Source: Azolla caroliniana
Taxonomy: Eukaryota; Plantae; Polypodiophyta
Reading direction: 5' to 3'
DNA length: 64,000 nucleotides
Assembly (NCBI GenBank): GCA_043228905.1
Contig: JBHGNT010000014.1
Coordinates: 18,352,001 to 18,416,000 of the forward strand
Position numbers and translations under genes: made by a program. The notes under the pieces are model-generated. The model saw only the letters and a program-made list of their open reading frames with translations. It was not told the DNA's origin and ran no database searches. Below are positions 26,555 to 36,850 of this stretch, one piece after another (the first letter of the stretch is position 1; each line of letters starts with the position of its first letter).

Positions 26555-26586
26555 GTCCAGCCAAAATAGGAGCCGTTTGGTTGGAC
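26542..26586 (+). promoter_or_regulatory. Putative -1 ribosomal frameshift signal (slippery site + stimulatory stem-loop)
   Basis: G_TTA_AAC at 26542-26548 lies in the gag/pol overlap (pol frame open from 26527). After a 6-nt spacer comes the stem GTCCAGCCAAA/TTTGGTTGGAC (11 bp, one G-U). Confidence 0.75.
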
Positions 26587-29500
26587 AGCCCTAGATCTGT
26601 GCAGCCCATTAGTGGTTCCATTCCCTCTAAGCAAGTTAGTGATGTGTTCGTAGTCCAAGTAGCAGTTAGTACTAAAAGTACCCCTCCAGTACATACCTTA
26701 GCCCTTCTAGATTCCGGAGCTAATTCTTGCTTCATGGATAGGAATTTTGCCCGAGCTCATCAGATATCTCTCAGAAAGCTCCCATGTCCAGCCTCAGTAG
26801 TAGTCATTGATGGTCGTCCCATTGCTTCTGGTAATATCATAGAAGAGTCGGAACCCGTTAATATTGTCCTAGATAACTTAACATGTGTAGTATCATTTAA
26901 TATTATTAGTATTCCAGAACATCCCATAGTTTTAGGATTACCATGGTTCGAGTTACATGACCCAGACATAGATTGGAGGACAAGGGAAATCCGGTTGCGA
27001 CAAACCCAAGGATCTACCCAGAAGGTTGCAACCATTTCGCTACGTCAGTTGCGTGAGGAAGGGCGCAAGGAGGAAATGTTTCTCTTTGCAATATCAGTAC
27101 AACCCTCCAGCACCACCAAAGAGGAGTCCACCGTTCAACTTCCCGAGAAGTATCGTCAGTATGCTGATGTGTTCGATAAAGTACAAGCCAACACACTTCC
27201 TCATCATCGGCCGTACGACTGCGCCATCGACTTACAACCGGGAAAAGAGCCGCCATGGGGGCCGATCTACAATTTGTCACCAACCGAGCTAGAAGTCCTT
27301 CGAGCCTATATAGAGGAGAATTTGGAGAACGGTTTCATTCGGCATTCGAAATCTCCAGCCGGCGCACCCATTTTCTTCGTCAAGAAAAAAGATGGCTCGC
27401 TTCGACTCGTTGTAGATTACCGTGGCTTGAATAAGGTCACAGTAAGAAATAGGTATGCTCTTCCCCTTATCTCAAGTCTTTTAGAACGGATCAACGGTGC
27501 CAGGTTCTTCACGAAGATCGACTTACGAGGAGCCTATAACCTCGTACGGATCCGACCAGGAGATGAATGGAAGACCGCGTTTCGCACCAGATATGGGCAC
27601 TTCGAGTATACTGTCATGCCGTTCGGACTCACTAATGCGCCGGCAGTCTTCCAGCACATGGCGAATGATATATTTCGAGACCTCTTGGATGATTTTTTGA
27701 TCATCTATTTGGATGATCTACTGGTTTATTCAAAGACCCAAGAAGAACATGATTCTCATGTACTATTAGTACTAAAACGACTTCGGGAACATGGTCTGTA
27801 TGCAAAGTTAGAGAAATGTAGTTTCGGGTGCAACCAAGTGGAGTTTCTCGGCTATGTCATCTCCTCAGAAGGCATATCTATGGACCCAGCCAAGGTCAAA
27901 ACGGTGATAGAATGGCACACTCCGCGTTCGGTGCGGGATGTGCAATGCTTCCTAGGCTTTGCAAATTTCTACCGGAAGTTCATACAAAATTACTCAAAAA
28001 TTGTGCTGCCTCTCACACAGCTCACCAGGAAGGGACAATCATTCATTTGGTCTAAAGAGACGGACATGGCTTTCGAGAGTCTTAAGAAGGCGTTTACATC
28101 AGCTCCAATTTTAGGTCATGTGGATCCGGAAAAACCATTCATTATCGAAGCTGATGCATCGGATTTCGCATTGGGGAGCATTCTGTCACAACAGGGTAAC
28201 GACGAGAAGCTACATCCTGTGGCTTTCCACTCCCGTAAGTTTGACGCCGCCGAAATCAACTACGAAATTCATGATAAAGAGCTATTAGCAATAGTTGATT
28301 CTTTTATGCAATGGAGGCATTTCCTGGAGGGATCTCCTCATCAGGTCACTGTATTCAGTGACCACAAGAACCTTGCCTACTTTCAAGATGCTCGTGTACT
28401 GAATCGACGTCAAGCTCGGTGGGCCCATTTCCTCACACGCTTCGACTTCAAAATTACATATCGTCCGGGGAAGCACCAAGGGAAGGCAGATGCATTATCA
28501 CGGCGTTCGTATCTAACACCACGTCCCGGTGAGCCAGCTTTTGATAACCAGAAGCAAGTAATCTTGGGTCCAGCACGACTGCAAGCAGCACAGATCTTTG
28601 ACATGCCCGTGGATTCCGACATTACCAATACAATACGTGAGGACTTGAAGACTGACGCTTTCGCCCAAGCTATACTAGCACAAATTGACCCCTCTCGAGC
28701 GTCATGTTCACAATCACAATCACCAGGTACGGATTATCGGCAATTCAAATACTGTGATGGATTACTCTTCTTTAAAGAACTTTTGTATGTTCCTAATGGT
28801 TCTTGCCGCCTTCGAGTAGTACAAAACTGCCATGACACATATACAGCAGGACATTTTGGTAGTACTAAAACATTAGATTTAGTACAACGATCATTCTGGT
28901 GGCCCCGTATGCGACAATTTGTCGAAGATTTTGTTCGGACTTGCGATACATGCTGCAGAGCGAAAATGCCAAGACATCATCCATATGGTTTATTAGAACC
29001 ATTACCAATTCCAAGCAAGCCATGGCAATCCATTGCTCTTGACTTCATTACAGATCTTCCAGTCTCTAAGGGATTCAGTGCGATTCTCACAGTGGTGGAT
29101 CGATATACGAAGATGGCTCATTTCTTACCATGTACTAAAGAAATATCTAGTGAAGACACCGCCGAAATTGTCATGCGGGAAGTATGTCGGCATCATGGAC
29201 TCCCTGATAATATCATCAGCGATCGTGGACCCCAGTTTGTGTCAAAATTCTGGAAGCACCTTTTTAAAATGCTGAAGGTCACTTGTAACCTCTCCTCCGG
29301 CTACCACCCACAAACCGACGGTCAAGCCGAACGAACAAATCAAACACTGGAGCAGTATCTGCGGTGCTTTCTCAACTATCATCAGAATGACTGGGCAGAT
29401 ATTCTTCCGTTCACCGAATTTGCCTATAATAACGCTATCCACGCATCGACTAAAGTCACGCCATTCTACGCTTATACGGGATATCATCCCCGGTGGTGTG

Positions 29501-30138
29501 TCCTTGAAACCCCAGAAGTGTCCACAAATCCTTGCGCGGAGGATCGTTTGGAGCGGTTACGCAAGATACAAGCGGATTTATCTACTCAACTCCAGCAAGC
29601 TCAACAATCACACAAGGACTACGCAGATCGTCATCGACTTCCATCCAGTTTTAACATTGGAGATCGGGTGTGGCTGCTACGACGACACATCAAGACTACT
29701 CGCCCATGTGAGAAGTTGGATTATCGACGATTAGGTCCTTTCCGTATTATCGGGAAGATTAATGATGTCGCTTTTCGTCTCGAGCTACCTCCGCAACTTC
29801 GGATACACCCGGTGTTTCATAGTTCTCTCCTCGAACCCTATCACGAGAGCACTATCCCAGGACGTACTATACAACCTCCACCTCCTATCGAGCTCGAAGA
29901 TGGACCTGAGTATGAGGTCGTTGCCATCCTCGATTCCAAGATTATTCGCAACAAGCTCTACTATCTAGTCGATTGGCTAGGATATAGTCCCAGCGAGCGT
30001 ACTTGGGAACCGATCGAGAATGTGACCAATGCTCGTGCTCTTCTAGAAGACTTCCATCGACGATATCCCGAGAAACCGGGTCCTCAATCCAAAACGACTC
30101 GTGAAACTCGTCGTTTTAAAGGGGGGATAGTGTCATAA
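26548..30138 (+). CDS. pol: Pol polyprotein: protease-RT-RNase H-integrase-chromodomain (-1 frame relative to gag)
   Basis: LLDSGA (PR), YLDD (RT), DASDF/[11 protein letters not shown] (RH), H..H..C..C zinc finger plus [22 protein letters not shown] (IN), GPF motif, and [19 protein letters not shown]..TWEP (chromodomain). The stop codon lies inside the 3' LTR. Confidence 0.96.
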   Translation, partial: [1196 protein letters not shown]

Positions 30139-30420
30139 CTAGACTCGAACCCATAACCTTTTGTTACACGGGTCGAGACTTTACCATTAGGTTATGAGTT
30201 GTAATTTGAAGGATATTATTTTCATTTAGGTTTTATTAGGAAATTGATGTATATTCCAGATTTCTCTGGAACATTCTAGAAACTTCAGGAGTATTCCTGA
30301 AGACACTATAAAAGGAGGCGCAAGGCATTAGTTCGAACCAAATCGGTTCAACGCCAGTCTTAAGCCTTCTAACTACTGTTGTATATCTTCCGTCATATAA
30401 TACATATATCTTTCGCATCA

Positions 30421-30458
<38 letters not shown>

Positions 30459-30591
30459 ACTCATTCCTTCTCTCAAAGTTCGACACCTCTCATAGTACTA
30501 ATCCTTCTCTGTCTTAGTACTATTCCCCAACAATAGTACTAATCCTTCTTTTAGTACTAATTCCTTCTCTACCTTAATAGAGTTCCTGACA
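30131..30591 (+). repeat. 3' LTR
   Basis: Direct repeat of 24837-25297, preceded by the PPT. Confidence 0.97.
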
Positions 30592-30920
30592 GTATGCATC
30601 CTTTGCAGAATTTGGAGACTCGTCCATATTCATGAAAACACTATCATCCATATGACAAGAATTAAGAAAGAGCTCACTTACAAGTAATTGTGTTGGAGAA
30701 GGAGTCAAAGCAAGCGATCATGAGATGCATGCAACCGAATTGAATTTTTACTCGTAGCGTTCTACCAAGACCCCCAAATGATACGTGCAGATACTCTTTA
30801 GAAAGCTCTCCGTGCAAGCTTCGAAATGAGCCAAAGAACAAAGGAAACGGACACAGTAGCAAGAAGATACATCAAAAATAGTGTTTTTCCTTCTCCAACA
30901 TCTCCCAACTTTGCGTTTTC

Positions 30921-30991
<71 letters not shown>

Positions 30992-32760
30992 TCACTCACA
31001 CAACACATACTATATGTCTTAATCTATTATGCTGCACAAAATTATATTCTCTATTTCTTTACATCCTAATCCATTATGAATCGCATGTTGTGAGTATTTG
31101 CTCAACGTATCTCATGACATTGTTTCTTGTTTTCTTTATAGGCCCAAATGTTCAATGAAGATTACATGGCTACCAAAACTACCGAAAGCAATGGAATTGA
31201 TGTCTTGGTAGATGAGTAACACGATCTATATCCGACGAGTGCAAGATTTTTCCATAGTAATAGGCAACAATTTTGGGAGTAAGCATTATTTTATGCTTTA
31301 GATATTTCCAGAAGTTACCAGTGGATAGCAGTTTTATCATCCTCCCTTATATAATAAAATGTATCTATGTTATTTTACATTTGTTTGATCTAGATTTATG
31401 TTCCTATTGAAATTGTGTGTTATAAAAAAATGATCTTGTATGTTTTGAAATGTATGGTGATTACATAGTGCATCAACAAGTGGGACACAACAACCTTTCT
31501 CTTTTTTGTTGTGCTTGTACTACCATAAAGTTTGGCATCAACCCACGCATGTAAAGCATGCTAGGAATTACGATATTACTTACAAAAATGAATGCCAAAA
31601 AATCTAGCACTAAATTAACATTGGAAACTTCAACACTATTGGTAACTAATGACTTGAAGATTTTGACACTATAAATGACATAATGGGTGGACCATGGAAC
31701 TCTTTCTCTAGCAACTAAGTTTTCTCCTATTTCCTCAATATAGTTGTTGGAAATTTCCCAATTTTATTTTAACACTCCATTAGGTTTCCTACTAATCTCT
31801 TTGGGTGTAGGGCTCCACACTATATTCGTAACCCCCTTCTCTCCTTTGCCACTCTTTTTGTTGCAATGTTACCCTATGTTTTTTATCTCATTGTTGACTA
31901 ACCTTGTTTGACGTACAACCCCTACTCAACATCATACAAATGACGGGAATCAAAGTTATTTTGGAGTAGGGCGTCCTTGATGATTTAAGAATTTGAATAA
32001 TAGTCACAATCCTAATCATTGACCTATTAACTCTACATGCTCGTACACGACACTAATATGGAACCTAGTTAGGTTCATACGCAATGCTCCCATGGAAACC
32101 AACACTTACATAGCACAAAATCGTTGGTCACTTAAATGTTTAAGCATGGTATATTTACAAAGAACACACACTTAAAGAAAGGTCATCAATTCAATTTTGT
32201 TCCGAAATAATCATTCACTCATTCCTGGATTTTGAGTGTGAATGTGTGGATTTTACTTCGTTAAATGGTAAAAAAAACTTTCTTTCTTACAAGAACTCGT
32301 TTACCAGCCATCATGATTGTTATGTAGTGTCTTGCAAAGATACCTTTTCTATCAATCAGAAGGATTTTTTTCTTTGCAATGCTTGGTTTAATAAGAAATA
32401 ACTTTTTTTTCTAAGTTATTTTTGTTGCAAATAATAAATATGTTACTTACTTCTTGTGGGGATATGCGAGCAAGAAATGAATGCAACACGAATCAATTCC
32501 TCATTGTTGCCGCTCTCAATAATAACGTATGAAGAGCTTCTACATCATCCTCTAGGGCCCATTTCTACTCATGAGGGTCGACATGGAAAATCAGTACATG
32601 TTCTTCAAAGGTATTAGAAGATGAAGTTTAATGTTTCCATAAAAATAGTTGGTTTTGTTTTCAAGGGGTTCCAGAGGAGCCTCATCATTAATATCTCTGT
32701 AATCCAATTATAATATTTTAACCCTCCTTCATAGTGTACACAGTACACTGTAAACCATAT

Positions 32761-32988
32761 GTACCATACATGCATTCGCATGCGAGAATGTTTCGATCAT
32801 TCGAGTATGGTGAACACCCTCAAAGTATGGTAAATGCCATACTTTTGTATTCATTATTGATTATAAGGTAAGAAAGTAAAGGTAAAAAGTGTAAAAAAAA
32901 AAACATAAGAATGTTTTGATAACATACGCATTCGTCTGCATTCGTATGAAAAAGAATGATTGCCAATGCATTCAAGTATATTATGTAC
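32761..32988 (-). repeat. Dispersed repeat copy 2
   Basis: Reverse-complement match to 16862-17051 and to 35224-35290. Confidence 0.75.
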
Positions 32989-34121
32989 TATCTCCTCCTT
33001 TAACCTCTTCTTACTCCTCTTATCCTATCCCAAGGCAAATTTTAATGAAATCTGATTAATTACTACAAAAAACTCACTTCCTTTTTCGTTTTGGTGATAC
33101 TAACATTACAATTGAAAATTAGAAAATTCCTTATTCGCTTATACTTTTTGTTTTCTCCTAGGACGCATCATTTTGTGGGCCGTACACGAACCACAATGTC
33201 ACTAGGCCTAGTACTTATTTCTCTTAATGAAAAATAGGAATGTCTAGTTCTTCTCATTGTATTTACTTGTTTGGAAAATCCTAATTTCAAATTGCCTTAT
33301 CTTTCTTCTTTGGATATCCATGTGATGATTCCAATCATTTATGTGTTTATCGTTGCTCGTTCTCCTCGTTTCCCTTTTATTTGTTATGTCAAGTACAATA
33401 TTCAATCCAATATTTCTTGCATGTTGTCATCTAGGCAACAATGTTTTTCAATTAATGCTTCCAAACATCTGCAAATGACCGGAAATATTCTTTTATATTA
33501 TTACTTCATCGTGAGTTTTACGTATATTCAATTTCTCAAGCTTTCATATGTAACTCTATGAGATGGATCTAGTTCAAGAGTAGAAACAAATTTTGATGAT
33601 GTATTTTTGTGCTCATTCATGTGTTCCACTATAGTAGATCACATCCTAATGTGTATAAAATCTCTCAAAGGTGTAGCTAACTCATCCATGTAATTTTATT
33701 CTTAAAAGTCAATATCTATACATATAGTTCTCTCTCTCTCATAGAATCTTTGATGACATAGTATATTCTCCAACAACCATGCACTAGTATTAAAATGGTG
33801 ATCAAGTATCAAATGTTTTACGTCTATTAATGAGTGCTAGCTAAAATTAACAAACATCCAATGCAATCAATTTCCTCTAGAAAAAATATTCTGGTTTTGG
33901 GATCGAGTTATCTATTCAACCTCGTTCTCTTTCTATGTTGTCATGTAACCTGGTTTTCTTGCATTGTTATGTATCATCATTCTTTTAAGTTCTCTCATCT
34001 TCCACAATTGCAACACGAATTAATATAATTAGTGGGCATTGTAAACTTTCCGCCTTCTTATGATGATTTAATAGTTTTGGCATGCGCGCAATGTTCTAAA
34101 AAACATGCATATGCAACATAT

Positions 34122-34158
<37 letters not shown>

Positions 34159-35223
34159 TGCGTGCATAGCGTTCTCTAACATGCTGCAAAGATATGCTTG
34201 AGTGCACAGAAATATTGGGCACAAATTTTGGTGATAGTATGACATGAAACCATCAATCACAAAAGTCTATACATTAGTTTTGACATGGTATAATATCATT
34301 GCTCAGCTAAAGAATGTGGGTGTTAATGTTGACATACAAATATATTGGACAATCAACTTCTTTAAAAGCCTATTCGAAATGGACAAACCCTAAACCCTAA
34401 AAAGTATATTACAATTTTCATACAATCCTCCACATACACATTTGCATAGAAATCTACTACACCCTTCTTTGTGGTCTTCTTTGCTTGTCTTTTTCATTGG
34501 TTAATCTTCACAACACTCAACCTCTTCTCTCAATGCAAAAGTTCACCTTGCTTCTTTGCCTCCATCATCCTTCCTCACAATAAGAATGTCAACAACAATA
34601 ACATGATTGCACCGACAATAACTTTAACAATCATTTTGCCTTGCTTGTATCCACATCCATGTCAGGCTCCACATTGCCCACACATGGAATAACATACGAT
34701 TAGTACCTTTCAACAAGAATGTTCCAAAAAGTAAGAGGAGTCGTGTGCATTGGTACTATGAACAACCTTACTTATTGTTAAGGTATCACAAATAGTGTGA
34801 ATGAATTCTTAAAGGATGTTACATGTATCTAAGAGAAATTGTCGAAACTATCGGAAGCACCTAATCACATTCCTCAACTCTAACCCTAAAGTAGATAACT
34901 CAAATTTCCAATACAAACGTACACACGCCAATCCAAATCTCCATATCTTTACAAGCATCAAGATTTTTGTATTGCCAGGTTGTTGGGGAGCAAAAGAAGA
35001 AAGGTTACGGCAGGAAGGAAAAGCCCGACGAGACAAGAAGGGAAAACCCTAGGGAGTCGCGAAAAGCAAGGATAAAAACTACACAAATGTATAAGAGGAA
35101 AAGGTCTCAGGATGTGAGACAAGTGGTATGTATGTATATGACAACTACTACTACTATTACTACATACTACTACTACTACTTGAGTTAGTATTATTACTAC
35201 TACTTAGTATTATTATGAACATC

Positions 35224-35290
35224 GTACGTAATATACTCGAATGCATTGGCAAACATTCTATTTCGTACAAATGCAAACGAGAATGTGTAC
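35224..35290 (+). repeat. Dispersed repeat copy 3 (partial)
   Basis: gtacgtaatatactcgaatgcattggcaaacattctatttcgtacaaatgcaaacga matches the reverse complement of 32926-32988. Confidence 0.7.
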
Positions 35291-35678
35291 CTTCAAAGAG
35301 ATATATTACTTCCACTATTACTTAATTGAGTATTCTCACTACTACATACTTACTTCGGTATGAGGACCGGAATAATGTGTTCCGAGGGAGGGTATTGTAA
35401 GGAATAACGTACAAACATAATGGATTATAAATAACAAAAAAAAAAAGGCAGGAGGGGGGAGGGGCATATACGTTGAAAATATCCAATTTCTACGCTCTTC
35501 GTTTGCTTTGTTTTTTCCGGTTATTTACACGGGGGGGGGGGGGGGGGGGTGTGGAGAGTACACCAATCGATGCATTGGAAATTATAAGAAAAATAAAAAG
35601 CAAAACAGAAAACAGGAATATATAATAAATAAATATATATATATATCTATATATCTATATATTACATGGCTCCCACTC

Positions 35679-36659
35679 CTAGGTGGTGGTGGCGGAGGAG
35701 GCGCCGCCGCCGCCGCCGCCGCCGGGATACGCCGTGAGATTCTGGCAAATCTGGCAGTAGTAGCGTTCCGACGGGCTCATCTCCCGCTCTCCCTCCTTCT
35801 TCTTCTTCTTCTTCTTCTTCTTCTTCTTCTTCTGCCTCCTCCTCTTCGAATCCCCTCCTCCATCCTCCTCCTCCGCCGTTCCTCCTCCTGCTGCAGCCGA
35901 AGCTTTCCCATCCTTATCCTCCGATCTCCCCACTCTCCTCCGACTCCGACTCCGACTCCTCCGATTCATGTCCTCCGATTCTTCCTCCTCCGCCATCTCT
36001 TCCTGCCGCACCGTTCCTGCCATTTCCACCGCCACCGCCACCGCCACCGACTCCTCCTTCATCTTCCTCTGCCAGATCCCCGCCGTCTCCGCCGTCGATT
36101 TCCACATGGCCAGCGTTCCCTCTCCTCCGCTGTAACCGGCGTTCCAGCCCCGCCACCGCCGCAGCATCATGCTGCTGCCTCCTCCTCCTCCTCCTCCGTT
36201 TAACGCCCCACCGTCGTCGTCGTCGTCGTCTGCGTCTGCTTCCCAGAAGTAGCCGCCATTACGGCTGTAGCTGTAGAAGGAAGCGCTGGTGTGAGTAGAG
36301 GGGGAAGAATAGTAGCTGTAGTAGCTGTTGTAGCTGTGGTTGTGGTTGTACGGGTAATAATTGCTGAAGCTGCAGTCGTATAAGCCATGGCTCTCTACGC
36401 CGGCGTTTGCCACGCGCAGATCCGCTGCTCTCCCGTTCTTGCTGCGCCAATGCGGAGGCGGCGGCGGCGGCGACGGCGGGGGAGGAGGAGGAGGAGGAGC
36501 GAGTCTGGCCTTGGCAGGTGCAGTCAGGTTCAGGCCGGGAAGCTCCTCCTCCTCCTCCTCCGCGATGGCGAAGCGCCATGTGGAAGGGCTCCATCGCCGC
36601 TTGGAAGGAGGAGGGAACGGAGCCAGATCCGCCGCTTCTCCGCCGTGTCGTCTGGCCAT
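35679..36659 (-). CDS. GC-rich intronless low-complexity protein of unknown function (326 aa)
   Basis: ATG in a GCCGCCATGG context at 36659 within a GC island. A (CT)n/(CA)n-rich leader and an AT-rich trailer flank it. The protein has polyE, polyP, Y/S-rich, polyD/G, RS and polyK tracts and YYCQIC. No recognisable domain. Confidence 0.5.
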   Translation of the reverse strand: MARRHGGEAADLAPFPPPSKRRWSPSTWRFAIAEEEEEELPGLNLTAPAKARLAPPPPPPPPSPPPPPPHWRSKNGRAADLRVANAGVESHGLYDCSFSNYYPYNHNHSYNSYYSYYSSPSTHTSASFYSYSRNGGYFWEADADDDDDDGGALNGGGGGGGSSMMLRRWRGWNAGYSGGEGTLAMWKSTAETAGIWQRKMKEESVAVAVAVEMAGTVRQEEMAEEEESEDMNRRSRSRSRRRVGRSEDKDGKASAAAGGGTAEEEDGGGDSKRRRQKKKKKKKKKKKKEGEREMSPSERYYCQICQNLTAYPGGGGGGGASSATTT

Positions 36660-36802
36660 GGCGGCTTCGCAGCGAGCGCCTCTGCCTGTGTCTTTGTCTG
36701 TGTCTGTGTCTGTGTACAAACCAAAAATCAAAAGAAGAAAGGAAACGCCGGGTCGATCGATGACTCGATTCTGTGAGACAAGACAGAGAGAGAGAGAGAG
36801 AG

Positions 36803-36850
<48 letters not shown>

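Larger units (their letters stand above)
24837..30591 (+). mobile_element. Intact, very young Ty3/gypsy chromovirus (Tcn1/Tf1-like)
   Basis: Two 461-bp LTRs (TGTCA...TGACA) differ at one position I could see (25277 G / 30571 A). The 5-bp TSD GTATG is at 24832-24836 and 30592-30596, the PPT AAAGGGGGGATAG is at 30118-30130, and gag and pol are uninterrupted. Confidence 0.98.
23655..30651 (-). pseudogene. LINE ORF1 (DUF4283-like + CCHC zinc knuckle), split by the LTR insertion
   Basis: Removing the LTR element and one TSD joins MDDSVFMNMDESPNSAKDAY (ATG 30651) in frame to MIELVSSPRG... The ORF contains the motifs GPRGFYEV, CPVWVEV and CFHCGVLGHFMVEC, with a frameshift near 24170. Confidence 0.85.
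19575..30924 (-). mobile_element. Full-length decayed L1/Tx1-like LINE (subfamily A), interrupted by the LTR element at 24837-30591
   Basis: 5'UTR 30924-30652, then ORF1 and ORF2 (APE-RT-zf-RVT), then a short 3'UTR. It is bounded by (CT)n at 19527-19574 and 30925-30987 and has no poly(A) tail. Confidence 0.9.

Noticed and set aside
30748-31158. ERERER/LSLSLS ORFs (also 17703-17936, 24942-25166, 30236-30460)
   Set aside because: Translations of (CT)n microsatellites.
34385-34401. AAACCCTAAACCCTAAA telomere-like motif
   Set aside because: Only about two units, a common telo-box or chance occurrence, not an interstitial telomere array.
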